Shown here: positions 10,519 through 23,424 of the stretch, in pieces
How positions within the stretch are numbered: the first letter of the stretch is position 1
Layout: the number at the start of each line of letters is the position of its first letter
IMG/VR virus record: IMGVR_UViG_3300028832_000114
Span: 32,001-96,000 of that record
Reading direction: 5' to 3' (one strand)
Source: a virus
Taxonomy: Duplodnaviria; Caudoviricetes
DNA length: 64,000 bases
Translations under genes and position numbers: made by a program
Notes under the pieces: model-generated
The model's database searches: none
Told to the model about the DNA's origin: nothing
Seen by the model: only the letters and a program-made list of their open reading frames with translations

Positions 10519-12324
10519 ATGAAATATAAATTAATTAAAGAAGTCGATCCAGCCCTAAGTCCTATTCAGCAAATATTGTTGAATAGGGGTATTAAGTTAA
10601 GTGATATGCATCATTACTTAAATACAACAGACGCAGATATTTTGGACGCGGAGATGCTCGGTTCTGAGAGCATCAAAGCGGCCGCTGCCGCATTAATTTT
10701 AGCGATAAATAATAATTCAAAAACATTAGTATTGGTAGATTGCGATTGCGATGGTTATACATCTGCCGCAATACTTATAAATTACTTATATGATTTATTC
10801 CCTACTTTTGTAACAAATAATTTAAAATATTATTTACACGAAGATAAAACACATGGTTTATCAGATTGTATAGATTATATAGAAAAAAATGATTTTAAAT
10901 TAATTATTATCCCTGATGCTGCAAGTAATGATTATGAGTATCATCACAAACTAAAAGAAGAGGGTCGTACAATTATTATTCTAGACCACCATGAAGCACC
11001 AATGGTATCTAAAGATGCTATTGTGCTTAATAATCAATTATCAAATTATCCAAATAAACAATTATCAGGAGCTGGTGTCGTATGGCAGTTTTGTCGTTAT
11101 TTAGATAAGATACGTGGTGGACATACAGCAGATGAATATATAGATTTAGCCGCATTAGGAAATTGCGGCGACATGATGAGTTTACGCTCAATCGAGACTA
11201 AACATATTATAACCAAGGGTTTCCGCAACGAAAATATAAAGAACCCATTTATATATGGTATGGCTGAAAAGAACGCATACTCATTAGGAAATAAAATAAC
11301 CCCAATAGGTGCAGCATTTTATATAGTTCCTTTTGTTAACTCAATGGTTAGAAGTGGAACTCTTGAAGAAAAAGAAATCTTATTTAAATCAATGCTTAAA
11401 AACGAAGCATTTAAAATGATATTATCTAATAAGCGTGGACATAAATTAGGTGAAGAAGAAAAATTAGTTGACCAAGCGTTAAGAACTGCGACCAATGTAA
11501 AAAGTCGTCAAACAAGAGAACAAGATAAAGGTATGGCTTTAGTAGAAGAGCAGATAGAAAAAAATAATATGATGCAACATAAAGTATTAATTTTCTTATT
11601 AGAACCAGGACAAATTGATCCTAATATTGCGGGATTGATAGCTAATAAAATAATGGCTAAATATCAAAGACCCGTATTAATGCTAACAAAAGTAAAAGTA
11701 TTAAATCAAAATATGATATTAACATCTAATCCACCACAACCTTATTATGATACTTATTACAGGGGTAGTGCGCGTGGATACTCTAAATCAGGAATTGAAA
11801 ATTTTAAAGATATATGTCAAGAAACCGGTTTGGTAGAATACGCAGAAGGACATCAAAATGCTTTTGGTATTAGTATTTTATCATCTTATATTGATAGGTT
11901 TATAGAATTAACAGATGAAGCATTAAAAGATTTACAAAGCGAACCTTTATATTATGTTGATTATATTTTCAAAGGGGTTGATGTTCAACCCAATACAATT
12001 TTAGATATAGCCAATCTAAGTGATATATGGGGACAAGATATGGATGAAAGTTTAATTTGTATTGAAAACTTAAAGGTTGTAAAAGAAAATTTAACTTTGA
12101 TGAGTCCTGATAAAAAGCCAACATTGAAAATAACTTTACCAAATAAGATTAGTTTAATTAAGTTTGGTAGTTCACAAGAAGAATATGATAAATTATTAAC
12201 AGATGGATATATAGAATTAAATGTCGTGGGTAAATGTAATGCAAACGAATGAATGGGAAATATTACACCACAAATACTTATTGAAGATTATGAAGTTATA
12301 GGACAAAGTAAATATAATTTTTAG
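10519..12324 (+). CDS. recJ: RecJ-like DHH ssDNA exonuclease (code 4)
   Basis: DCDCDG, LDHH, GSARG, GHQNAFG; TGA 12250 gives the typical C-terminal NEWMG..TPQILIEDY. Confidence 0.9.
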
Positions 12325-12353
12325 TTGATAAATATTTAAAAATATAATATAAT
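12325..12353 (+). promoter_or_regulatory. sigma-A-type promoter
   Basis: TTGATA-17-TATAAT. Confidence 0.6.
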
Positions 12354-12376
12354 ATAAATGAAAGTGAGGGCAGCAG

Positions 12377-13579
12377 ATGATTCAATTAAACGATAAACAA
12401 CTTGAAGGTTTAAATCTTGCAGTAGCCAGATATAGAGATGGTGAAAAGACTACTATTATATCAGGTTATGCGGGAACTGGAAAGTCAACCTTAGTTAAAT
12501 TTATTATTGCCGCCCTAAATAATGACGGTATTGATCCAGATAAAGATGTTGTATATACATCGTTCACTGGTAAAGCAACTCAAGTATTACAAAAAAAAGG
12601 AAATAAAAATGTTAGTACATTGCACAAACTATTATATGAGTATTTTCCTAGAGCAGATGGCACATTCTTTAGGAAACCAGTATTAGATATACCATATAAA
12701 ATTGTTATTGTAGATGAATGTAGTATGGTGCCTAAAGAATTATTAATGCAACTTGCAAAATATAAAGTTCATATAATTTGTTTAGGAGATCCAGGCCAAT
12801 TGCCGCCAATAAATAAAGATGAAGATAATCATTTACTTGACAATCCACACGTATTTCTAAATGAGATTATGCGTCAAGAAGAACAAAGTGAAATAATAAA
12901 ACTTACTATGGATGTCAGAGCAGGAAAACCTTTAAATCATTTTATTGGAAAAGAAGTTCAAATATTAGATAAAGATGAGCTTACAACAGGTATGTTAATG
13001 TGGGCAGACCAAATTATTTGTTCTACCAATGCAACAAGAATAGCATTAAATAAACAAATGAGGGCTTTATTAGGTCGCTGTGATAATCCTGAAGATGGAG
13101 ATAAAGTAATTTGTCTTCGTAATTATTGAGATATATTAAGCGAAGATAAATCACCACTTGTAAATGGAACAATTGGAACATTAAAAAATAGTTTTGAAAG
13201 TTTCTTTAAATTACCTGGATATATTACAAATTATAGAATATCACAGATACCAACTGTTCTTGCAACTTTTGCATCAGATGATGGTATAACTACATTTAAT
13301 AATTTAACAATGGATAAAAAAATGATTTTAGAGGGTGAACCAACATTAACTTCTAAAGAAAATTTTAAATTAAGTAAAAATAAAAAATATGTAAATAGTA
13401 TTCCATTAAGTTTTACTTATGGATATGCCATTACTTGCCACAAAGCACAAGGTAGTGAATGGGATAATGTACTTGTTATTGAAGAAGGCTTTCCTTTTGA
13501 TAAACAAGAACATATTAAATGATTATATACAGCCGCAACTAGGGCTGCTAAAAAACTAGTTATAATAAGAAAGATATAG
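12377..13579 (+). CDS. RecD/Dda-like SF1B helicase (code 4)
   Basis: GYAGTGKST, VDECSM, GDPGQLPP, HKAQGSEW and K(W)LYTAATRA; TGA at 13127 and 13520. Confidence 0.9.
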
Positions 13580-13591
13580 GAGGAATAATTA

Positions 13592-13882
13592 ATGAATAAT
13601 AAGTATACAGTGCAAGGAGTTATGAATGACAGATGAGTTATTTGGTATAAAGATTTAAAGAAAAAAGGTAATAAAATAGGTGTTTATAAAATAATTGATT
13701 TAAATGATGGCAAAAAGACAGCAAGATTTGCAGTAAGATATAAACCAAGAGAGAATCAAACTCAAGAAGTTTCAGATTCATTAATTATATCTAACTGTAT
13801 TGCAAATTTTTATAAACATTCTTACACAAATCCAAGAGTAAGATCTAGGGGCGGAAGACGCAGTTCATTCGTTTCAGGATAG
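13592..13882 (+). CDS. basic hypothetical protein (code 4)
   Basis: RBS AGGAGG; MNNKYTVQGVMNDRWVIWYK...; one TGA. Confidence 0.65.
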
Positions 13883-13890
13883 GCGGCCGC

Positions 13891-14358
13891 ATGAAACTTA
13901 GGTTATCTTACTTTTATCAAATAAGAAATTTTAAACCTAATATGATACCAATGTCAACTGCAATGTCAGATCCAGCCTGGTATCATGATTTTAAAGACTC
14001 AACTCATATCTTCACAGATAAACGAGGAATATTAAATGGACTTAGGTTACTCCCTATTATAGTTCAAAATGCAAATGGTGAAGTTCACTGTCCATGCGAA
14101 CATAGAGATGCAACTAGATGTCCACTAGCTCATGATTATGAGGCGGCTCTTGAAAAAGTAGACCTCCCTAAATTAATGAAAGGCGTAAAATCATTTTGTG
14201 ATGATTACTGCCAACAAAATAAAATTAAAGAAGAGCCTATTGCAGTATTAATGGTATATGAAGCACCTAATAATCCTTGCAGTGAAAGATATAGTTTATT
14301 AAAATATTTTAATTCACACGGAATTGAATGTAAAGAACTAGACTACCCTATAGAGTAG
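13891..14358 (+). CDS. hypothetical protein (possibly DUF488-like)
   Basis: ORF track; SYF at the N-terminus and a late LMVYE...C.ER pattern. Confidence 0.55.
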   Translation: MKLRLSYFYQIRNFKPNMIPMSTAMSDPAWYHDFKDSTHIFTDKRGILNGLRLLPIIVQNANGEVHCPCEHRDATRCPLAHDYEAALEKVDLPKLMKGVKSFCDDYCQQNKIKEEPIAVLMVYEAPNNPCSERYSLLKYFNSHGIECKELDYPIE

Positions 14359-14363
14359 TCTAT

Positions 14364-14392
14364 TTGATTTTTATTTAATTTTTTAGTATAAT
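14364..14392 (+). promoter_or_regulatory. sigma-A-type promoter upstream of dnaE
   Basis: TTGATT-17-TATAAT. Confidence 0.6.
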
Positions 14393-14424
14393 ATAAATAT
14401 ATAGGTATGAAAGGAAGGGAAGAT

Positions 14425-17400
14425 ATGAGTAATAGATTTGAAGTTCATAGTCATACAATGTATAGTAATTTAAGACTTTTAGATAGTATTAACCGTCCGA
14501 AAGATTTAATTAATAAAGCAATTGAATTAGGATTAGCTGGTATAGCAATCACAGATCATGAGTGTATAAGTTCTCATCCTGAAATAAATTTTTATCAAAC
14601 AGAAGTTCAAAAAGAACATCCTGATTTTAAAATAGCATTAGGAAATGAAATATATTTAACTGACACAAGAGATAGTGGTCAAAGATATTATCACTTTATT
14701 TTAATAGCAAAAAATAAAATAGGTCATCGCGCATTAAGAGAATTATCTTCAAGAGCGTGGATGAATAGTTATTGGAATCGAGGTCTTGAACGTGTTCCAA
14801 CATTAAAAGATGATTTAGAAGAAATATTAAAAAAGTATCCGAATAGTTTAATTGGAACAACAGCATGTTTAGGTGGGGAATTAAGTATTAATACATTAGA
14901 ATTAATAAAATGTGAAAAAACTAATGATAAAGATGGTGCGGCAGTTGCACATAATAATATAGTAAAATTTTTGTTATGGTGCAAAAATGTATTTGGAGAT
15001 AATAATTTTTATATTGAATGTGCTCCTGGTACAAGTCGTGAACAAATCTTAGTTAATAAAAGATTTCCCGCAATTGCAAAAGCATTTGGATTAAAAATGG
15101 TTATTGGAACAGATGCACATTATCTTAAAAAAGAAGATAGATATGTTCATAAAGCATATCTTAATAGTAAGTTTGGAGAGCGTGAAGTAGATGAGTTCTA
15201 TGAATTTGCATATCTTCAAAATAACGAAGAAATAATAGAACATTTAAAAGCATCTGATTTTAGTAATGAATTTATAGATGAAATGTTTCAAAATAGTTAT
15301 GAAATATATGCAAAGATAGAAAATTATAATTTAGCTCATGCGCAAACAATCCCTCATGTTGAAGTAGAAGATTATCCTATTATAGAGATTGAATCAGAAG
15401 AATTTTTAGATAAGTATCCAGTTTTATCTGATATGTTTCAATCAAATGATCAAATAGAAAGATATTGGGTAAACAAATGTTCAAATAAATTAAGAAAATT
15501 GGGTTTAAGAAATGAAACTTATCTAAGTAGATTAGAAGAAGAGGCGGATATTAAAAGAACAATTAGTGAAAAATTAGGAACTAATATGTTTGCATATCCA
15601 GTTACACTTCAACATTATGTAGATTTATTTTGGAATTGTGGAAGTATAGTAGGAGCTGGTCGTGGTTCAAGTTGTTCAGGTTTAAATCATTATTTATTAG
15701 GTATAACTCAACTTGATCCGATACAATGGAATCTTCCATTCTGGAGATATTTAAATAAAGAGCGTGTTGAGTTAGGTGATATAGATTTAGATTTATGTCC
15801 AAGTAAGCGTCCTAAGATTTTAAATGAAATTAAAAAAGAAAGAGGACAAAATTTTAAGGCGGAAATAGATGATTTAAGTAGAAAGAATCTTGGTTGTACA
15901 TTAATAGCAACATTTGGTACAGAGGGTACAAGATCAACAATATTAACTGCATGTCGTGGTTATAGGAATGAAGAGTATCCAGATGGTATAGATGTTGATA
16001 CAGCACAATATTTATCATCATTAATCCCAAGTGAACGTGGGTTCTTATGGCCGCTTAATGATGTTATTAATGGTGATGAAGAAAAAGGTAGAAAGCCAAT
16101 TAAAACATTTATAAATGAAGTAAATATGTTTCCTGGATTATTAGATATAATGTCTGGTATTGAAGGTTTAGTAAATAAAAGAAGTAGTCATGCTTCAGGA
16201 GTTATCTTATTTGATGAAGATCCATATGAGTTTGGTGCATTTATGAGAACTCCAAAAGGAGAAATTATCACAGCGTATGATTTGCATATGTGTGAAGCAT
16301 GTGGTATGACGAAATATGACTTCTTAGTAACAGAAGTTCAAGATAAATTAACAGAAGCAATTAAAATGTTGCAAGATTATGGAGAAATTGAAAGTGATTT
16401 AACATTAAGAGAAGTATATGATAAATATTTTCACCCAAATGTTCTTCCTATTGAAGATAATAAATATTGGAAAGTATTGCAAGATAATAGTGTTTTAAAT
16501 ATCTTTCAGTTTGATAGTGATGTTGGAGGTCAAGCCGCAAAAAAGATTAAGCCAACAAATATAATGGAAATGGCGGATGCAAATGGTTTGATGAGATTAA
16601 TGACTGCGGAAAAAGGTCAAGAAACTCCAATGGAAAAATATATAAGATTTAAGAATAATATAAATTTATGGTATAGAGAAATGGACTCATATGGTCTAAC
16701 AAAAGAAGAACAAAAAGTATTAGAGCCATATTTTAAGAGTTCACATGGTGTTCCTCCAAGCCAAGAGCAGTTAATGAGAATGTTAATGGATGAAAAGATT
16801 TGTAACTTTACTCTTGCGGAAGCGAATGCCGCACGTAAGATAGTTGGTAAGAAACAAATGAATAAGATCCCCGCATTAAGACAACAGGTATTAGATCAAG
16901 CGTCAAGTCCATGTATGGGTAATTATATATGGAAGTGTGGTGTTGGTCCGCAGATGGGATATTCATTTAGTATCATTCACGCGTTAGCATATAGTTTCAT
17001 TGGTTTTCAAACAATGTATATAGCGACAAGATGGAATCCGATATATTGGAACACAGCGTGTTTAATAGTTAATAGCGGAAGTCTTGAAGAAGATAGTGAT
17101 TTTGAAGAAGACGAGGATGGATATATAGTTGAGAAAAAAGAAAAATCAACAGATTATAGTAAAATAGCAAAAGCGTTAGGAGATATAATTAATAAAGGAA
17201 TTAAAGTTAGTTTAGTTGATATAAATAGGTCAGATTATAGTTTTCAACCAGATGTAGATAATAATGAAATATTATTTGGTATGAAAGCATTAAATAATGT
17301 TGGCGGTCCGATTATTGAACAAATAAAAGCAAGTCGTCCTTATGCGGGAATCGCAGATTTTATGGCAAAGTGTCCGTTGAATAAGAGTGCAATGATTAGT

Positions 17401-18378
17401 TTAATTAAGGCGGGTGCATTTGATAAAGTAGATAGAGATAATGCGGCGGCCGCAGGTGTAGAACCACGAATCTGGACAATGGTATATTATTTAAGTAAGG
17501 TTTGTGAAGCAAAGAAAAGATTAACCTTACAAAACTTTAATGGTCTATTGCAACACGAACTTATTCCTCAAGAATTAGATTTTCAAAAAAGAACTTTTGT
17601 ATTTAATAAATATTTAAAAGCAAATCAAAAAGTTGGAAAATATTATGTATTTAATCCATCTTGCGAAGAGTTTTATAATAAGTTTTTTGATGCTGACCAG
17701 TTAGAAGTAATAAATGGTTTAACTTGTATTCTTCAAACAAGATGGGATAAGATTTATCAAGATGTTATGGCGGAAGCCCGCACATGGTTACAAGAACATC
17801 AAGAAGAAATGTTAAAGAAATTTAATATGATATTATTTAAAGAATATTGGGATAAATATGCACAAGGAAATATTTCTGCGTGGGAAATGGAATCATTATG
17901 TTTCTATTATCATGAACACGAGTTAGCACATGTTAATACATATAAATATGGAATTGCAAATTTCTTTGATTTGCCAACAGAACCTCCTATTGATTCAATG
18001 TTTAAGAGAAATGGTAAAGACATTCCAATCTATCAAACATTTAAAATAATAGGAACAGTAATTAATAAAAATGATGTAAAAAGTTCAATCACAATATTAA
18101 CGACAAAAGGTATCGTAACTGTCAAATTTACAAAAGAATATTATGCAATGTATAATCGTCAGTTAAGCGAAATCCAAGAAGATGGAACAAAAAAGATAAC
18201 TGAAAAAGGTTGGTTCACAAGAGGAACAAAAGTTATGATAACTGGGTTTAGAAGAGATGATATGTTTGTTGCAAAAAGTTATACAAAAACACAAACACAT
18301 CAATTATATAAAATATTAGAAGTAGATGGCGGCAATATGAAACTCGAACATGAAAGAAAAACAGCCGCAGAAGAATAG
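14425..18378 (+). CDS. dnaE: DNA polymerase III alpha subunit (family C)
   Basis: PHP domain (HSHTMYS..LD, AITDH, TDAHY), GAGRGS, catalytic DIDLD, HASGV, YSFSIIHA and C-terminal OB fold. All 19 Trp codons are TGG. Confidence 0.95.
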   Translation: MSNRFEVHSHTMYSNLRLLDSINRPKDLINKAIELGLAGIAITDHECISSHPEINFYQTEVQKEHPDFKIALGNEIYLTDTRDSGQRYYHFILIAKNKIGHRALRELSSRAWMNSYWNRGLERVPTLKDDLEEILKKYPNSLIGTTACLGGELSINTLELIKCEKTNDKDGAAVAHNNIVKFLLWCKNVFGDNNFYIECAPGTSREQILVNKRFPAIAKAFGLKMVIGTDAHYLKKEDRYVHKAYLNSKFGEREVDEFYEFAYLQNNEEIIEHLKASDFSNEFIDEMFQNSYEIYAKIENYNLAHAQTIPHVEVEDYPIIEIESEEFLDKYPVLSDMFQSNDQIERYWVNKCSNKLRKLGLRNETYLSRLEEEADIKRTISEKLGTNMFAYPVTLQHYVDLFWNCGSIVGAGRGSSCSGLNHYLLGITQLDPIQWNLPFWRYLNKERVELGDIDLDLCPSKRPKILNEIKKERGQNFKAEIDDLSRKNLGCTLIATFGTEGTRSTILTACRGYRNEEYPDGIDVDTAQYLSSLIPSERGFLWPLNDVINGDEEKGRKPIKTFINEVNMFPGLLDIMSGIEGLVNKRSSHASGVILFDEDPYEFGAFMRTPKGEIITAYDLHMCEACGMTKYDFLVTEVQDKLTEAIKMLQDYGEIESDLTLREVYDKYFHPNVLPIEDNKYWKVLQDNSVLNIFQFDSDVGGQAAKKIKPTNIMEMADANGLMRLMTAEKGQETPMEKYIRFKNNINLWYREMDSYGLTKEEQKVLEPYFKSSHGVPPSQEQLMRMLMDEKICNFTLAEANAARKIVGKKQMNKIPALRQQVLDQASSPCMGNYIWKCGVGPQMGYSFSIIHALAYSFIGFQTMYIATRWNPIYWNTACLIVNSGSLEEDSDFEEDEDGYIVEKKEKSTDYSKIAKALGDIINKGIKVSLVDINRSDYSFQPDVDNNEILFGMKALNNVGGPIIEQIKASRPYAGIADFMAKCPLNKSAMISLIKAGAFDKVDRDNAAAAGVEPRIWTMVYYLSKVCEAKKRLTLQNFNGLLQHELIPQELDFQKRTFVFNKYLKANQKVGKYYVFNPSCEEFYNKFFDADQLEVINGLTCILQTRWDKIYQDVMAEARTWLQEHQEEMLKKFNMILFKEYWDKYAQGNISAWEMESLCFYYHEHELAHVNTYKYGIANFFDLPTEPPIDSMFKRNGKDIPIYQTFKIIGTVINKNDVKSSITILTTKGIVTVKFTKEYYAMYNRQLSEIQEDGTKKITEKGWFTRGTKVMITGFRRDDMFVAKSYTKTQTHQLYKILEVDGGNMKLEHERKTAAEE

Positions 18379-18386
18379 GAGAATAT

Positions 18387-18740
18387 ATGAAAAAAATAAT
18401 TGAACATGGTTTTATGAGTTATATGGAAACTACCTGTCCATACTGCGGTTGTAAGTTTTCATTTGAATGGGAAGATGTAATTAGCCCAACATGAGGTCCT
18501 ACTTGAAGATATGATAATACAAATATTACAGTTAGTGGTTGTTGTATTACTACAGGAACGGCTCAAAATTATGAAATTTTCTGCCCTGAATGCAAAAGAA
18601 AATTTCCTATTTTAAACTGGTCTTTCTCATATCCTAGAGGTAATTGTCCTTTTACTTATAGTGGAGAATGGAAAAATACATCTGTAACAAAATGTGACAC
18701 AGAATGTACGTGTCATAAGTGTTCAGACAAAAATGATTAA
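18387..18740 (+). CDS. Cys-rich zinc-ribbon protein (code 4)
   Basis: CPYCGC...CPEC...CxxxCxCxxC; two TGA. Confidence 0.65.
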
Positions 18741-18814
18741 TCATATTAAGCAAAAATTAAAATTGTCATAGAGGTTAAAATCCTTGAAATAATTTAAATA
18801 CTAAGGAGGAGACT

Positions 18815-21070
18815 ATGAAAGTCATTAAACGTGATGGTCGCTTGGTTGTTTTTGACCCAGCGAAAATCGAGAGAGCTATTCTCGCAGCATTCGAGGATGT
18901 AGATGGTGAAATATCTGACTACGCTAAAGATAAAGCTGAAAATATAGCAAGTTATATTGAAGGATATTATTTAGATGTTGATGAAACACCTAATATTGAA
19001 GATATCCAAGACCTAGTAGAAAAAGGTCTAATGGCAACAAAAAGAAAAGATGTTGCAAAAGCCTATATTTTATATAGGGAAGAAAGAAATAAAATTAGAA
19101 ATTCCAATAGCCAATTAATGAAGGCTATTAAGGAAAAGATTGAAGCATCAGATGTTCAAAATCAAAATGCTAATATTGATGAATATTCTTTCGGCGGCCG
19201 TATGGGTGAAGCCCGCAGTGAGTTAATGAAAGATTATGCATTAAATTATTTAGTATCTGATATGGCAAGAGAAAATCATTTAAATAATGAAATTTATATT
19301 CATGATTTAGATGCTTATGCTGTTGGTATGCATAACTGTTTAACCATTCCTTTTGATAAACTATTAGCAGAAGGATTTAACACAAGACAAACAGATGTTA
19401 GACCAGCTCGTTCAATTAACACAGCATTTCAATTAGTTGCAGTTTTATTTCAATTACAATCACTTCAACAATTTGGAGGAGTTAGCGCAAGTCATTTAGA
19501 TTGAACTATGGTTCCATATGTTCGTATGTCATTTAGAAAACATTGGATTAATGGTGTAAAATATATTGAAGATAAAGTTAATGAAATTCCTGTTCAATAT
19601 TTACCAGAAGAAACATCTATTGAAGATGAAGATTATCAAATGTTTCCAAGAGCATATCAATATGCAATGGATATGACAACAAAAGAACTTATGCAAGCTG
19701 TTCAAGGTATGTATCATAATCTAAATACACTACAATCTAGAAGTGGAAATCAATTACCTTTTACTTCTATTAACTATGGTACTTGTACTTTACCTGAAGG
19801 TAGAATGGTTACAAAAGCATTATTAGAAGGCTCTATTGAAGGTGTAGGAAAAGTTAGAAAAACTCCTATATTCCCATGCGGTATATTCCAATGTATGAAA
19901 GGTGTTAATCGTAAACCTGGAGACCCTAACTATGATTTATTTAAGTTAGCATTAAAATCAACAGCTCAAAGATTATATCCTAATTATGTTAATATAGATT
20001 GGTCTACTAACGCGGGATATGATATTAACGATCCTAAAACATATGTTTCAACTATGGGTTGTAGAACTTATAATGGTGCGGATATTAATGCTGAACCTGG
20101 CACAAATCCTCAAACTAAGGACGGCCGCGGCAATATATGTCCAGTTACTATTGTAATGCCAACATTAGCTATGGAAGCTAAAGAAGAAGCTGAAAGATTT
20201 AGAGAGGGAGCAGATGTATATTTTGATAAAATTGAATTATTTATGACGCTATTAGATAAAAAAATCCATGAAGCTAGAGATATGTTAGTTGAAAGATATA
20301 AATGGATTATTAGTCAAAATCCTGAATCTGCAAAATTTATGTATGAAAATGGATTAATGCTTGGCTATGATGGTAAGACAGTTGAAAGTGCTATGAAACA
20401 TGGAACTCTTGTAATAGGTCAAATTGGTATGGCTGAAACATTACAAATTTTAATTGGTTGCGACCATACAGAACCTAGAGGAATGGAATTAGCAAAAAGA
20501 ATTGAACAATTATTTAAAGATAGATGTGCTGAATTTAAAAAAGAATTACACTTAAATATTGGTGTTTATTATACACCTGCTGAAAATATGTGTTATACAT
20601 CTATGAAAAAATTTAGAAAAAAATATGGAATTATTCCTAATGTAAGTGATAGAGATTATTTCACAAATAGTATTCATGTTCCTGTATGGAAAGAAATGAG
20701 TCCATTTGAAAAAATTGATATTGAAAGTCAATTAACTGGATATAGTAATGCAGGATGTATTACTTATGTAGAATTAGAGGGCGGAGTTAAAAATAATTTA
20801 GACGCTCTTGAAACTATTGTTAACTATGCTATGGATAAAGATATTCCATATTTCGCAATAAATGTTCCAAATGATATATGTTTAGATTGTGGCTATACTG
20901 ATGAATTCAATGATAAATGTCCAATGTGCGGAAGCACGCATATTCAACAACTTAGACGTGTTACTGGATATTTAACAGGAGATTATAAAACAGCATTTAA
21001 TAAAGGTAAACAACAAGAAACTGAACAAAGATATAAACATAGTAAAAAATTGGAGAACTGGCATGATTAG
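18815..21070 (+). CDS. nrdD: anaerobic (class III) ribonucleotide reductase (code 4)
   Basis: ATP cone (VIKRDG), IYIHDLD, MGCRT, TPAE, CxxC-CxxC and the RRVTGY glycyl-radical motif; joined across TGA 19502. Confidence 0.95.
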
Positions 21071-21560
21071 AATTGCTGGGTTAAATGGAAATGATTTTGT
21101 CAATGGAGAAGGTGTAAGCGTTAGCTTATTCCTTCAAGGTTGTCATTTTCATTGTAAAGGATGTCATAATCCTGAAACTTGGAATCCTGAAGGCGGAATT
21201 GAAGTTGATGAAGGAGATTTAATTCAACAAATTTTAACATTAATAAATGCTAATAATATTACTCGTAATCTTAGTATCTTAGGTGGAGAACCACTTGATA
21301 CCGAACAAAAAAGATATTTTTTAAGAGAATTAATAATACGAGTAAGATATTATTATCCAGAAATTAAAATTGTGCTTTGGACAGGATATAAATATAATGA
21401 TATAAAAGATAAAGAAGATTTTAAATATATATTAGAAAATATAGATTATTTGATTGAAGGCCCTTTTATATTAGAGGAACGCGACATAACGCTTAAATGG
21501 CGCGGCAGCCGCAATCAAAATATAAGAAATATGAAAACAGGAGAAAACATCAATGATTAA
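21063..21560 (+). CDS. nrdG: anaerobic RNR activating enzyme (radical SAM)
   Basis: CHFHCKGC, LGGEP, RGSRNQ. Confidence 0.92.
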   Translation: MIRIAGLNGNDFVNGEGVSVSLFLQGCHFHCKGCHNPETWNPEGGIEVDEGDLIQQILTLINANNITRNLSILGGEPLDTEQKRYFLRELIIRVRYYYPEIKIVLWTGYKYNDIKDKEDFKYILENIDYLIEGPFILEERDITLKWRGSRNQNIRNMKTGENIND

Positions 21561-21714
21561 TTTTTTAAAAATATTTTTTCCAGCTCTTATGGTAACTGGA
21601 GCAGTTGGTAGCTGCGTTGTAAATCTTGTTACAGATAAATCTAATTGGCCTGTAACATTGCAATGGTTTGGAGCTGCATTGCTATATACAGCATTATTAT
21701 TTAGAAACAAATAA
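21553..21714 (+). CDS. small two-TM membrane protein, 53 aa
   Basis: MINFLKIFFPALMVTGAVG...WFGAALLYTALLF; RBS AGGAG. Confidence 0.6.
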   Translation: MINFLKIFFPALMVTGAVGSCVVNLVTDKSNWPVTLQWFGAALLYTALLFRNK

Positions 21715-21719
21715 AAGGT

Positions 21720-21765
21720 AAGGAGGTAAGTTATAATTTATTAAAATAGCTTACCTCCTTTTTCT
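21720..21765 (+). terminator. intrinsic terminator
   Basis: AAGGAGGTAAGTTAT/ATAGCTTACCTCCTT stem followed by a T-run. Confidence 0.75.
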
Positions 21766-21784
21766 TATTTTTCAGGGGGTAATC

Positions 21785-22717
21785 ATGGAAAGAAAAGAAA
21801 TATGTGATAAGATTTATTACATGACTAAAAAAAGAAAATCTTTTAAAACCGTTTGTCAAGAATTAAATTTAAAAGATTATGAAGTTATAGGTTTAGTAAC
21901 TATAATGGCACAAGAGGGATATAATATTGATTTTGTAGATGGAGAGCTTATTATTAGAAAAGTTCCTAAACAAAATCAAGATGTTTATGAAATTCCATAT
22001 AATTTAGAACATTTAAAATTATTATTAATTAGTGATACTCATTTATGTTCTAAATATGATAGATTAGATATTTTAAAATATTTATATTCAAAAGCAGAAG
22101 ATAAAGGTATTCAACATATATTACACTCAGGTGATTTTACTGATGGTCGTTCAAATAGACCAGAACATGTATATGAATTAAAAGAGCATTCTTATGAAGG
22201 ACAAGTTGATTATTGTGTTGATAGATATCCTCAATTTAATGGAAAAACATATATAATTTCAGGTAATCATGATGACTGGTGGTATAAATCTGCAGGAAGT
22301 GAAATTGTAAAAACAATAGCTAAACAAAGAGAAGATATGGTTTATTTAGGTCCTGATGTTGCAGATTTAAAAATTGGTAAATTAAAAATTAGATTATTTC
22401 ATGGAATGGGCGGCGGCGCATATGCTAAATCTTATAAATTACAAAAATATTTAGATAGCATTCCAACCGCAGAAAGACCTGATATTTTACAAACAGGACA
22501 TACTCATCAATCATTCTATATGAAACAAGATGGTACACATTGTTTTCAAACCAGCTGTTTAGAAGATCAAACGCCATATTGTAGAAGTATGGGTATGGGA
22601 AATGATAAATCATGTTGATGAGTTGATGTAGACTTTGATGATAAGGGAAATATTTATAGTATTAAACCTGAATTAGAAACATTTGGAGACAAGAAAATTT
22701 ATACTAAAAGGAAGTAG
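21785..22717 (+). CDS. calcineurin-like metallophosphoesterase with N-terminal extension (code 4)
   Basis: SDTH, HSGDFTDG, GNHD, FHG, GHTH; tandem TGA TGA at 22616-22621 read as WW. Confidence 0.85.
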
Positions 22718-22722
22718 TTTTT

Positions 22723-23142
22723 ATGAAAGATGTTACACAATGAATGATAAACAGCTATGGGTTAGATGATAAGGGCTATGATTTTATGGGTTATACTTTT
22801 ACAGATCAAAGACAATTAAGCTTTCATCATCTCATCGTTCCTAAAAAAGATTGCCCTAAATTAAGATTGGGCAATGGATACTTTTTATGAAATGGAGCTA
22901 TTTTAAAACAACTAACCTCACATAATTATTTACACGTAATAGAAAGAATAGATAGAAATACTTTTTTAAAAATTACACAAATATTAATAGCAGAAAATCA
23001 AACAGGAGAAATAAATATAGAATTATTAAAACAAATTAGATTTTTATTAGAACATTTTGAAAAAGAGCATTATGATGAAACTGATAAAAAAGGCAAAATT
23101 TTAATTAAATCGAAATATATAACAGAAAGGATCCCGCTATAA
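22723..23142 (+). CDS. hypothetical protein with an HNH-like His pattern (code 4)
   Basis: SFHHLIVP...GNG...NGAIL...SHNYLH; two TGA. Confidence 0.6.
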
Positions 23143-23424
23143 ATGACAATAGAAGAAAAAATACAAAAACATCAAGAATTATTGAATATCCTACATGAAG
23201 TTTATATTGCAAAAAATCATGATTATGGGGATAGTGTTCATGATACTTATAATAAATATGGAATAGTTTCTTTTTTGGTAAGACTTGAAGATAAATTAAA
23301 TAGAGCTAGAACAATTAGTTCTAAATCTCAAATGGTAGAAGATGAAAAATTGAAAGACACTTTATTAGATATGGCAAACTATGCTATTTTAGCAATTTTA
23401 GAGTTGGAGGATAATAATGGATAA
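23143..23424 (+). CDS. nucleotide modification associated domain 1 (DUF1599-like) protein
   Basis: KNHDYGDS...RLEDKLNR...[12 protein letters not shown]. Confidence 0.8.
   Translation: MTIEEKIQKHQELLNILHEVYIAKNHDYGDSVHDTYNKYGIVSFLVRLEDKLNRARTISSKSQMVEDEKLKDTLLDMANYAILAILELEDNNG

Noticed and set aside
18815-21070. Split nrdD or intron at 19504
   Set aside because: A single TGA separates in-frame halves (HLD-W-TMVPY).
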